Assembly: GCA_030390025.1 (NCBI GenBank)
Contig: CM059431.1
Span: 130,140,001 to 130,204,000, forward strand
Length of the DNA: 64,000 nt
Direction: 5' to 3'
Origin: Squalus acanthias
Taxonomy: Eukaryota
Positions within the stretch are counted from its first letter, which is position 1. The number at the start of each line of letters is the position of its first letter. The notes below the pieces were generated by a model. It saw only the letters and a program-made list of their open reading frames with translations. It was not told the DNA's origin and did not search any database. The position numbers and the translations under genes are program-made. This document shows, piece after piece, positions 51,053 through 62,803 of this stretch.

Positions 51053-52189
51053 ATGTAACCCAAATGAAAGTGATAAATTTTTCTCAGCCAGAATACTCCT
51101 TCAAGTGGAGAACGCTCAAATCGCTCAAAACGCCTGTTTGCTTTTGTCAAACTGACAAGGCAGCACTGTTTGCCGACTTAAAAAAACCTGGAAGTTGACA
51201 CCTTTATATAGCGCTCCTCCAGCGCTCATCCGACTGCATTTCGCCTCCGCTGCCTGTCGTTGCTAACGGCAGGTGCTCAGGCAGGGGGCGAGAGTGAATT
51301 TCAGAGCCGGGGCGCTGCACACCTGGATGACGTCACGATCTCCGGGTGCAGGAGATTGAGGCGCTAGTGGTTACCGCCGCCGCAAACCTCTACCTCAATT
51401 TCGTGGGCGTCGGTACTATCGCTGCGCCCAGTTGCAAAGCCGGCAGCGATCTCCGGATGCGCTAACGGGAGGCGCTAAGGTGCCCAATTTTCCCCCCCAG
51501 ATCTTTTGATTCAAATTTGTATGTAATAAAATTTGCGCACCTTTCAATGCAAATTCCATAAAGCAAAATAAATTCACACAACCACCAATCTATCTAATTA
51601 TTCCAGGTGGGGAAAAAGGTGTGTGATGCAAAGAAGCCAGTGAGGGAGTAGAAAGATAAAAAGACACAACAGTGTATTTTTTTTTCCACATCTAATAAAT
51701 AATAACTCTTCTTCAATGCTCAAGAATCATTTAGTATCTTTATTATGTATAGAATGTGTAAATTATTTTGGTGACCCCATTGCACTCCATGACCACAGGA
51801 AGAAGATGCCAGATAGTATCATTCATATAGTTTAGCAGAGTTGATTGATCTTCAGCAAGTAATTTAGAGGTTTGTGCTGAATGAGATGTGAAAAGCATTC
51901 TGATAAAACAGTCAAATCGGAAATACAAGGAAACTTAAAGCACGATTTAACAGTTGCTCGAGTAAAGTGCTGCAATAAGGGCTTTTCAGCAAAACACAAT
52001 GAACTGTGCAGGAATTATTTCTGTATGCGTGTCATTGATTGTTAAAGGAATGATGCATATATCTTAAATATTTCCAGAGAAGTGATTTGTAAAATATTTC
52101 TCCAAGTGCCACACTCTTGAAATGGGATGTTTCAGTACTATTCATCAGTACTTATGTTACTTATCCTTTGTGTGGTACTTTACAGATGA

Positions 52190-52540
52190 CTGCATAAATT
52201 TCATCTGCTATTTTTCTGTCCACTTACGTATTTTGACCAACTCATTCTGGAATTTCTGAGCAGCTTCCTCCAATTGTACTGCCATTCCGAGTTTGGATTC
52301 ATTTGCAAATTAGACCACTTTGTATTGAGATTCTGAATTCTGGTCATTTATGAAAATTAGACATAATAGTAGTCCCAATACTGAGCCCTGGGTCACTGCA
52401 TTCAGTACTTCTCTCCCCCCTCCCCGCCGTACCCCGCCCCATATCAATCCAAAATAACTGCTCTAATGAGCACATGTCATTTTTTAACTCTTTGGCCAAT
52501 TTGTTATTGATTTCGAGAATTTACCCTGAATCCCTAAGGA
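52190..52540 (-). mobile_element. Ancient CR1 RT remnant
   Basis: Minus-strand QGSVLG and FANE (FADD-like) traces. Confidence 0.55.
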
Positions 52541-53052
52541 TCAAAATGTTATGGATCAGTCTCAATTGAAAGAGAGGTGAAATTTATGCCATATTCTATG
52601 CTGACTTTGACGATCCGTACTTGCGCCAAAATTTCCTGCCAATCTCATTAGTATATGCCAGACCATAAAAACCAGTGTAAACAAACGAAAATCAGCATAA
52701 ACAATTAGGGCCTGAGAAAAGTGCAGAACTCACCCCATATTCCTTCTTTAAATCTTTCTTTATAAAAATTACAGTTTGAAGCCTCATCATTTATGCACAT
52801 GTTCAAGAAAATGCTTTTCAATTTTTAATGTAACACTTTCTGATGATATAAAAATAACATTCTGATATAGAAAATGTAGTGCAGGTCTCTGAGGAAAATT
52901 TTAAAAAATTGCCCAAGAATTGCTGTAAAGCTCTCTAAATAGTGACTTTGGTCCCTGTTAGGCGTAATTTTTTTGGCTTAACTCCACGCCTGCAGAAAAC
53001 TAGCTTAAATGCAGGAAATTTGCGTGAACTGTTATTTTGCATGGGGTGAAGA

Positions 53053-53234
53053 TTTTTTTTATTCATTCATGGGATGTGGGCATCGCTGGCAAGGCCAGCA
53101 TTTATTGCCCATCCCTAATTGCCCTGGGGAAGGTGGTGGTGAGCCGCCTTCTTGAACCGCTGCAGTCCGTGTGGTGAAGGTACTCCCACAGTGCTGTTGG
53201 GGAGGGAGTTCCAGAATTTTGACCCAGCGACGAT
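53053..53234 (-). mobile_element. 3' tail of the LINE family at 5767-6922
   Basis: IVAGSKFWNSLPNSTVGVPSPHGLQRFKKAAHHHL plus the 3' UTR. Confidence 0.88.
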
Positions 53235-53832
53235 GTGCTGGTCATTCATTCGGGATGGTCTGCTGAGAGAAAGGCAAGAAGGGTCTTGGCAGTTTATAGC
53301 AAGATGAGTGTCAACCAGGTATATGTAAGCCTTTGTCTGTTTCAATGTTAGACTGAGAAAGCAAGTATTAGTTAGTCCATTAAGCTAGAGCAAGGAAGTA
53401 TGGTTTATTATTTTTCTTATTCACGAAGAAGGGATTTTAAGTTAAGTAATGTAAGTGAGTTTTGATTATAATTGATGTTCCGTACATTTACTTGCTGTCT
53501 ATAAAATAAAGGAGTTCAGTGATTTGTATCTGGTTTTGTCTCACTGACGTGTTTTCAGTCCACCTAATGAAAGATTGGAGAAGTACATTTGAGGGGATGT
53601 GTGATACTCAGTTCAGATCACAAGAGGATACTGTTGTTACGCTATTGTGTGATTTGATACTGGCATTGCGAGCACATTCTTGAACACAAGGCAGCAGAAC
53701 AATTCTTGGTGTTGACCAACGCTGCTGAACTTGAGAGAATATCTAAGGCAGACCAAAAATGTTTAATTTGCACCTGTGAAAGTACTTGAATGTCAGAGAA
53801 AAAATTATAGATGTACACGTGTCTATCTAATA

Positions 53833-54225
53833 AAGAAAGAACCTGTATTTCTACAGCATATTTTCATGTCCTCAAGATGTCCCAAAGTGCTTTACAACTA
53901 ATGAGTTACTTTTGAAATGCCGTCACTGTTATGCTGGCAAATAAGGCAAGCGATTTGTGCACAGCAAGGCCCCACCTTAATAAATGACAGAAAATCTATC
54001 TGCAATGGCGGAATGTTGGCTACAACCCTCTTCTTTGAATGGTGGCATGGGACCTTTTACATTCACTTTAGCAAGCAGATGAGGCTTTAGTTTAATGTCT
54101 CTCCAAAAGACGGCATTTACAACAACATAGCGATCCCTCAGTACTGTACTGAAGTATCAGCCTAGATTATGTGCTCAAGCCTGTATTGAGGCTTGAACCC
54201 TTAACCTCTAACTTAGAGCCAAACT
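53833..54225 (-). mobile_element. Old DeuSINE (SacSINE1-like)
   Basis: Reverse-complement similarity to 47004-47435. Confidence 0.7.
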
Positions 54226-54233
54226 GGCACTTT

Positions 54234-56253
54234 GGCCGGAATTTTGCCGGCGCTCAGAGGGTGGGTTCGGAGGCGGGTCCACTGTCAAAATCGAAAAGAT
54301 TGACAGTGGGCTGGGATCCCACTGTCAACCCGACTCCATGTCAGTTTCCCAAGTGTTGGGTCTGTCTGCACTTTACAGGCCCGACACCAAGCGGCGGGTG
54401 AGACAATTCAGATACTTAAGAGCTTGTTAAAAGGTACTTAAACACCATTTTACCATGTACTTACCATTTTACCAGCTTTTTCATGAGGTTCCCGGCGCTC
54501 GAGGATCATGTCAGGTAAATAGGTCGGGCTGTCAATGACTCTCCATTCCTCTAAATAGTTGACAGCTGCAAAAGTGGTATAAAAGCTACCATTTTACAGC
54601 TGTTCACTTTCCAATCTGAGAAGCTGGAGCCTTCAGAATTTGGAATACACTTTTCAGCTTTATGCAGTTTGGAAGTGTTTGCAGTTAACTCTCTATTCAC
54701 TGTCACCTCCTTGAAGCAACCTCTCCCACCATTGACAGATCGCTTCTGTCATCTCAACTTCAGCTGCCATCTATCCCAGCAGCATCGGTACGCTTGAAAA
54801 AATCTCACCTTGGTCCTCAGAATCCCACCACGATCAGCCCCAACACCAACATCACCAACAACAACACCAACCTACTCCACAATCACCTGATGCTGCACAG
54901 GGCATCAGCACCCGACCACATTGCTGCACGGGAGGCCAGGGATGGCCTCACCATGGCCAGATTTACTTCACTTGACGCTGTACACCCTGGCTGCCACATG
55001 ATGTGCCAGGTTAATACCACCCCACACCAGCACCATAAAGCATCCTTGCAATGCTCAAGCCATTCCTTTCACACTTATCACCATTGCGAGGGGTAACGTT
55101 ATGCCTCACCATTCACTGCAACTCAGTGAGCCACTTCCAAAGGTGCACACAAATCTGTCCAAGAAGGCATAGTGTTGAAAATAAAGATTTCAATGTTTGG
55201 CAACACATCAGCAGAAACTTTACATGAATACAGGAATCCCTCCCCAACCGCGGGGGATACGTCCCTGAAAACCCCCGTGATTAGTAAAACCGCGGTTGGC
55301 ATATTCACTATAAACACAATAAAAAAAATATAAAAAGCATAAAAATCATGTGTTTTACCTTGTTCCTAAATTAAAAACCGCGAATACGCGAATTTCACTG
55401 CCGCGGTTGACAAAAATTGTCGCAGAGTGGAAACCGTGTATACGTGAAATCCGCGTATGGCAAAACCGCGGTTGGGGTGGGATTCCTGTATTGGCGAAAA
55501 CACCCAAGTGCCTACCCTTGTGTGTTGTTAGTTGGTATGATGAGGATGAGGGTGAGTGTGAGGGATGGCTAGTGAGATGGGGATGTGATGATGCAGAGAG
55601 AGAGAGAGGGATGGGTGGAAGTGCAAGGTAAGTTGGTGTGAGTAAGGATGTGCAGGAGTAGGGTAGGGAAGGCAGAGTGATGGGGATGTGATGAGTGGCA
55701 CAGCAGGATGAGGTTGAGTGTGGCTTTGCAATAACGTTTTGTGATCTACTGAGATCATTGAAATGTTTGTGCCACTGCAGCCTGGTCCTCCTGACAACAT
55801 TCCTGCTTGTGCCCACCTGTGCAATGTGCAACCAGGCTGTGTTGGTATCCTGGGGAGGTTTCTTCCACCCATTGGAAGGGAAGAGAACCTCCCTGCGTGC
55901 TGTGACTCCCTCCATAAGCATATGGAGGGAGTCATGGGAGAGCCTGGGTGCAGCCGTGCACCTCTGTGCAGTGCTTGTCAGTGTTTGCAGCACCTCAATG
56001 CTGTAGAACACTGACAGCACAACTGTCAAAATGTGGACATGGTCCCTTTAAGGAAACCGGCTGATGACGCGTCCTCAAATGACGTCATCAGACCCGCTTC
56101 CTTTTAATCGGCCGGGAACCTTGCAGGGCGGGTTTAACAAGCCCAATCAACGGAAAATTCTTCTCACAGAGTGGGATAGAACCAGGAGCGGGGTCGCAAC
56201 CTGCCACCTACCTCGGCTGCACTGAGCCCGCCACGGTAGGCGAAATCGCGGCC
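54234..56253 (-). mobile_element. Harbinger family X copy 3
   Basis: Ends GGCCGGAATTTT / CGAAATCGCGGCC, TSD TTT. Myb remnant at about 55750-55960. Confidence 0.87.
55231..55488. mobile_element. Tc1/mariner (pogo/Tigger-like) MITE, 258 bp
   Basis: 23-bp TIR CAGGAATCCC(T/A)CCCCAACCGCGG with TA on both sides; absent from the other family X copies. Confidence 0.92.
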
Positions 56254-56511
56254 TTTCTCTCTATTTATTATATATGAAATCTCTTGTGTCACATCTGCAT
56301 GTATTTCCTGTTGTATAATACTTATTTCCTGTATGGTTAACACTCCTGGGAAGCGCCTTGGGACATTTTACTATGTTAAAGGTACTATATAAAAGCAAGC
56401 TGTTTTTGTTTGGCTCAAAGCAAATCAGCAGCAAATTCAGAACTGAACATGCAGGAAATATATGAATCAAAGTGTGGAAATAGGGCTAGTAAACTATTAA
56501 TGAGAAACTGC

Positions 56512-56985
56512 TAACAACAACAAAAACTTGCATTTATATAGTGCCTTTAACGTAGTAAAACGTCCCAAGGCGCGACACAGGAATGTTATCAAACAAAATT
56601 TGACACCGAGCCACATAAGGAGATATTAGGGCAGGTGACCAAAAGCTTGGTCAAAGTGTTAGGTTTTAAGGAGTGTCTTAAAGGAGGAAAGAAAGGTAGA
56701 GAGGCGGAGAGGTTTAGGGAGGGAATTCCAGAACTTTGGGCCTCAGCAGCTGAAGGCATGGCCGGCAATGGTGGAGTGATTAAAATCAGGGATACGCAAG
56801 AGGCCAGAATTGGAGGAGCTCAGATGTCTCCGAGTGTTGTAGGGCTGGAGAAATATGGAGGGGTGAGGCCATGGAGCGACTTGAAAACAGGGATGAGAAT
56901 TTTGAAATCGAGGTGTTGCTGAACCGGCAGTCAATGTAGGTCAGTGAGCGCAGGGGTGATGGGTGACCGGGACTTGGTGCGATTT
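56512..56985 (-). mobile_element. L2 LINE 3' fragment
   Basis: Collinear with 35855-36340. Confidence 0.88.
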
Positions 56986-57157
56986 AAGGGCTTTTTAAAA
57001 CAAACAATCCTGAATGGCCAGTCAGCAGACCCTACCGATAAAAGATTAGGCTGATCAACTCTCACGTAGAAAGATCCAATAAGCTAAAACAAAGAGCTAC
57101 ACTGGTGAGATGATCAACATAGGCTAAGCTGAGAAGGTCCAAACATTGGTAGAGATA

Positions 57158-57847
57158 GAAAGAAAGAAAAAAAAAGACTTGCACTTGTATAGCGCTTTAC
57201 AGTTAATGAAGTACTTTTGAAGTGGAGTCACTGTTGTAATGTGGGAAACGCGGCAGTCAATTTGCGCACAGCAAGGTTCCACAAACAGCAATGTGATAAT
57301 GACCAGATAATGTGTTTTTTGTTATGTTGGTTGAAGGATAAATATTGGCCAGGACACCGGGGATAACTCCCCTGCTCTTCTTCGAAATAGTGCCATGGGA
57401 TCTTTTACGTCCACCTGAGAGAGTAGACGGGGCCTTGGTTTAACGTCTCATCCAAAAGTCGGCACCTCACAGAATCACCACAGTGCAGATAGAGGCCATT
57501 TCGGCCCATCGAGCCTGCACCGACACATATCCTACCCTATCCCCGTAACCCCACGTATTTAATCCCCCCTAACACTAAAGGTCAATTTATCATAGCCAAA
57601 TCAACCTAACCCGCACATCTTTGGACTGTGGGAGGAAACCGGAGCACCCGAAGGAAACCCACGCAGACACGGGGAGAATGTGCAAACTCCACACAGACAG
57701 TCACCCGTGGCCGGATTCAAACCCGGGTCCCTGGCGCTGTGAGGCAACAGTGCTAACCACTATGCCTCAGCACTGCACTGGAGTGTCAGCCTAGCTTTAT
57801 GTGTTCAAGTCGCTGGAGTGGGACAACTGAGCCACAGCTGACACTGA
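57158..57847 (-). mobile_element. DeuSINE (SacSINE1-like) interrupted by a V-SINE
   Basis: Reverse-complement match to 47004-47435 on both sides of 57468-57766. Confidence 0.8.
57468..57766 (-). mobile_element. V-SINE (HE1-like)
   Basis: Highly similar to 3971-4303. Confidence 0.87.
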
Positions 57848-58140
57848 GATGGTTGGAATCAAAGTGACAAGTCATGGAGCTTACACTAGCGAATGTCATA
57901 GGAATGATTTAAGGACCCTGAAGGACCAACCCAAGACAAAGGAATAAATATTTGGGCAACAAAAGTGGATATAATTCCTGCAAGAATGGCTATCAATTAT
58001 ATTGGGAGGGGAAGGCACCGATGTTGGAGCAGTACCCTACCCAATTCCCCTTCCCCTACATATAGAGATTGCATTTGGAAGAAATACAGGTCCTTCAGAA
58101 CTTCACAACACCAAATCTAGCCCTGGGTTTTAATTTCTGA

Positions 58141-58213
58141 ACTCTTAACTCTGTTTCTCTCTTCACAGATGCTGCCTGACCTGCTGAGTTTCTCCAGCAT
58201 TTTCTGTTTTTAT
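58141..58213 (+). mobile_element. Very short Penelope-derived insertion
   Basis: 13-bp TSD TTTTAATTTCTGA (58128-58140, 58214-58226); matches 29018-29085. Confidence 0.8.
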
Positions 58214-58229
58214 TTTTAATTTCTGATAT

Positions 58230-59759
58230 TGGTGGCAACAGCATCACTGAGGGCAATCAGACCAAAGAGTCAAATAAGAACATCATGATTCATCTCTTCT
58301 TCATGGCCAATAATTTAATTTGAATTAGACAAAGGAGACATATTGTTCTCTCTCATTCAACCATTTTCCATAAACTTTCCTTCTGTGGTGAACAGGAGGA
58401 CATAGCAGTTTATCTCCAAACAACTGAAAGACAGTAGCACACCACAAGTGACAGATCACATAAATATCTCATAATCGAGTTCATTGGAACCTTTACAGGA
58501 AGATCCAGGATATAATGAAATGGGTTGGTTTTGATGGCTTCCTGTAGTATCATGCTCCAATATAGCTGGATTAAGGAACATATCAAGAAGATATATTAGA
58601 TCTATAATTTCAAGTACACAATGATGCAAAAATCTTATTTTATCCTTCCCGCAGGTGATTGCCAGTCAGTAATTTAGGAATTGCAGACCAAACAGCCTCC
58701 TGTTCCTCCCCTTAAATTGTACAGTTAAATTGGGCTATTCACATCTCTTGCAACCCAAATGAACTCAACATGTCCTTAGAAGTCAATAAAATCAACCTAA
58801 CCTCCGCAACTAAACCAATCAAAAAGGACCCCAGCCTGAATACTTTCCAGGTAACACAAAATATAGCTTCTTTTACGGAAAGGAGATCTCAAAATATCAA
58901 AACTTTAATAGAATACCAACAAGGTAGCGAGGTGAAGGATTGGATTAAGCAGGGGGCTACTAAAGATGCCTCATGTTAGGTTTTGGGTTGTTATCCTGCA
59001 ATTTCTTGGGTTCAGCATCCCTGCCCACTTCCATAGCGAGTTCTTGCTTCCTATTGGACTGTGCTTTTAACTGCCCAATATCTAGGTAATTTTTCATGAG
59101 CCCAGGAATCAAACAGAAACCTCTTGTCTTATGTTTTGTCTTGCGAGTTATGTCACGTGCCCTCACATGGTCCTTCTCGACTTCAGAAGGTGGTAAAATA
59201 AGCACTTAACTGGACTGTGGGTTAGGCTATAAACTGAACAACAAATTTATGAAAAAATAAATGGATATTTGAACAGAAGTAATAACACACTCTGTACTTC
59301 CAGATACTGGTTCAATGGGAAGCAGAAAATAACAAACATCTGCTATGCTGAACTGCACTGGGCCAAACACAAGATTCCTAAATATGAACTTTTACACAAG
59401 AATTTGTTGTTGACCATCCACAGAGTCCCTATTAGCCCAATTTAACTGTACAACTTAAGGTGAGCAAGACATTCGACAGCTTCTTGCAAGTGATGACTCA
59501 GTGGTACCAGTGAGTAACCATATTCTCAGGGCTCAGCAAGTAAAACTTCTACTGCTTTGTTTTCCTTGATGGAACATAGAAAGTCAGACAAATGTAACGT
59601 AAAGATTAGTTTCAGGTAGCTGTATTTTTTAAAAAGAGGGATCCTTTGTCTTGTTATCTGGTGTAAATGGCTAAACTGTATGGAGACAGCTGCTTCTTCA
59701 TGGGGAGGGAGTTGGGTATTTACCTCAGCTGATTGCCCTCAGTGACGTTGTTGCCACCA
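58230..59759. repeat. Two nested long-range inverted repeat pairs
   Basis: 58230-58260 vs 59729-59759 (29/31) and 58710-58737 vs 59433-59460 (27/28). Confidence 0.9.
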
Positions 59760-60424
59760 GTATTGATAAATTAAATTCCCCCATCTCCAGAACAATATTC
59801 TCTGTTCTCAGCCAATGTGTAAATTATGCCCTTGAGCAGCTAATACACATAAGGCTACCTTTTTGCAGATGTGGTATGTATTGACCCATTAGTGTGGTGC
59901 TTTGGGATTACCAATGAACCAATGTGTTCTGAGGATGAATTGACCCTGTAAACTCAGACTGCGCTGTGAGGCCAGTACTCTCTACTTGCTTCTGCATAAT
60001 CCTTTGTGTTGTGTTGTGTCAGTGTGCAGCATCTTTGCCAGTCCTGCATGACTCATATTACCTGGGCACCCCAGGACATGCCCACCTTGTGTTCTCGCTG
60101 TCACTCTTTTTTTTATCTTTGTGCTGCCACTGACATTCCATTGCTTACTCCTCTTGCTAACCCTAACCCTAACCTTGTGCTGCCTATTGTTTTCCTCAGC
60201 CTTAGACCTGCACCGATCCTTTTCAGTTTAAGTGCTTCTAACTGGTATGACAGTCCCTTATCCTTTTCCTCTGCTGACAGGTGACTACTTCTATCTCTCT
60301 GCTCATGTCTTTCTGAGATCTATTTATTCATCACATTTTGCTTCTACCAATATAATAAATATTAAATTTTAAATAGCCTGTTTTGTCTGCAGATGATATT
60401 CCGTTTGTTGAGCAATCATTGTTT

Positions 60425-61162
60425 GTGTAAAGATTTAATTATGCAGCAAGGGCAGGAATCCCCAAAGTGCATCTCGCTCGCTAACCGGTTCACAGTTCTG
60501 GAAACTGGTGGGGGTGATGGTTCCTCTGGGGTGGCTCAGCTGCACAGGGAGGGAGGAAGAAGAGTGAAAGAGCAATAGTGATAGGGGATTCATTAGTTAG
60601 GGGAACAGATAGGCGTTTCTGTGGTCGCAGGCGTGACTTCAGGATGGTATGTTGCCTCCCTGGTGCCAGGGTCAAGGAAGTCACTGAGCGGCTGCAGGAC
60701 ACTCTGAGGGGGGAGGGTGAACAGCCAAAGGTCGTTGTCCATATCAGTATCAACGACATAGGCAGAAAGAGGGATGAGGTCCTGCAGGCAGACTATAGGG
60801 AGCTAGGAAAGAGATAAAAAAGCAGGACCTCAAAGGTAGTAATCTCCAGATTACTCCCGGTGCCACGTGCTAGTGAGTACAGGAACAGGAGGATAGAACA
60901 GATGAATGCCTGGCTGGAGAGATGGTGCAGGAGGGAGGGCTTCAGATTCCTGAGGCATGGGGACTGTTTCTGGGGAACGTGGGACCTGTACAAGTCGGAC
61001 GGGTTACACCTCAACAGAGCCGGGACCAATATTCTCGAGGGAGGTTTGCTAGTGCTGTTGGGGAGGGTTTAAACTAGCTTGGCAGGGGGCTGGCAGCAGC
61101 ATATAGGAGTAGAAAAGAGGAATAAGGTGCATAAAAGAGTGAGTGTGTTGGATAGTACTAGA
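60425..61162 (+). mobile_element. CR1 ORF1 esterase region, cut off by the RTE insertion
   Basis: IGDSLVRG, LPGARV and DGLHLN; closely related to 38880-39570. Confidence 0.9.
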
Positions 61163-62803
61163 GAAGGCCATGTACAGCGGTTGATGCTGTTCCCTGCATG
61201 TCTCTTGTAATTGACGCGTGGTGAAGATCATGTCCATTGTGCCCCTTAGTGGGCGGTGCCCGCATTGCGACTCTGGGAGGAGCTCTTCAGCCATTGGGAG
61301 AAGGCGATTGAGGAGGATTCTTGCGATGACTTTCCCTGTGGCAGACAGCAGGGAAACTCCTCTGTAATTACCGCAATCGGACTTGTCACCTTTCTTGAAG
61401 ATGATCACAATTACGGCGTCTCTGAGATCCCCTGGCATGCTCTCCTCCTTCCAGATAAGAGAAATGAGTTCATGAATTCACGCCAGTAGTGCTTCTCCGC
61501 CATGCTTTAGTGCCTCGGCAGGGATTCCATCTGCTCCTGAGGCCTTGTTGTTCTTCAGTTGTCGGATGGCCTCATGCCGGGCTGGGGTTGTGCTGAGATG
61601 GTGGCGGGTAACTTGCTGCGGGATGGAGTTGAGGACACTCGCGTCAAAGACAGAGTCTCGGTTAAGGAGATCTTCGAAGTGCTCCTTCCAGCGGGCACTG
61701 ACTGCCTCTCTGTCCTTGATGAGTACCTCTCTGTTCTTGGCCCGCAGTGGGGTAGGACCTTGGGTGCTTGGGCTGTAGATGGTCTTGACTGCGTTAAAGA
61801 ATCCACGCACGTCGTGGTTGTCGGCTAGTTGCTGGATCTCCTGCGCTTTCTCCACCCACCATCTGTTCTTTAAGTCGCGAGTTTTTTGTTGGACCTTTGC
61901 CTTCAGGCGTCTGTAGAGCTGCTTTCTTGCTCTCGAGTTGTGTTGCTGTTTCCAGATCAGGAATGCTTTGTGCTTGCGGCTTATTAGCTCCTGGATCTCC
62001 TGGTCGTTCTCATCGAACCAGTCTTGGTGTTTCCTGGTCGAATGACCGAGCGTCTCTTCACAGGTGCTGATTATGGAGGCCTTGAGTGCAGACCAGGCGC
62101 TGTGGACACTCTGTGTCTCTGCATCACTGGGAGTCGTCAGGTTGGTTGTGAGGTGCAGGCTGAATAGGGCTTTCTTAGCAGGGTCTTTGAGTGCTCCAGC
62201 ATTGATTTTCCTGCGGCATTGTTTCTGTTGTCTCCGCTGTTTTGGGGCTACATTGATGGAGATGACAGAGCGGATTAGGCGGTGGTCTGTCCAGCAGTCG
62301 TCAGCTCCTGTCATGGCGCGGGTGATGCGGATGTCCTTGCGGTCACTCGCTCTGATGATGACGTAGTCCAGCAGATGCCAGTGCTTGGAGCGAGGGTGCT
62401 GCCATGAGGCCTTGTACTTATCTCTCTGACGGAACAAGGTGTTGGTTATGACAAGGCCATGTTCTAAGCATTTTGACAGAAGGAGGGGACCGTTGGAGTT
62501 GGCTTTCCCTACCCCCTCTCTGCTGATCACACCTCCCCAGAGGTCCTTTCCAACTCTGGCGTTAAAGTCGCCAAGGAGGATCAGCTTGTCGCCTGTTGGG
62601 ACTCGGGACAAGGATTGTTCGAGGCTGGAGTAGAATTCCTCTTCGGTCTCGTTTATGGCTTCCAGTGTTGGGGCGTACGCACTGATGACCATAGTGCACT
62701 GGTTCCGGGCTAGGGTGAGCCGAAGAGTCATGAGGCGCTCATTTATACTGCTAGGAGAGTCTCTGAGACGCCCAACTAGTTCATTTTTTAAGGCGAAGGC
62801 CAT
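61163..62803 (-). mobile_element. RTE-clade LINE, inverted 5' segment (APE endonuclease to early RT)
   Basis: ISAYAPT, LGDFNARVG, LDYV, TDHRL, NYRGVSLL, PESQCG and PLYMAF in one frame with a single stop at 61478. Confidence 0.93.

Larger units (their letters stand above)
47498..51497. mobile_element. Uninterrupted 4.0-kb two-gene Harbinger element H
   Basis: G-rich TIRs GGGGGAGAAATTT / AATTTTCCCCCC, TSD CAG, convergent Myb and transposase genes. Confidence 0.9.

Noticed and set aside
53235..53587. Third LTR fragment (AATAAA, ends in CA)
   Set aside because: No TSD or defined 5' end could be established.
58655..58850. Coding exon with a good acceptor and CAG|GTAACA donor
   Set aside because: Stops in all three frames near its start; at most a UTR or non-coding exon, unsupported without RNA data.
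60157..60174. Interstitial telomeric repeat CTAACCCTAACCCTAACC
   Set aside because: Only about three units, too short to interpret.
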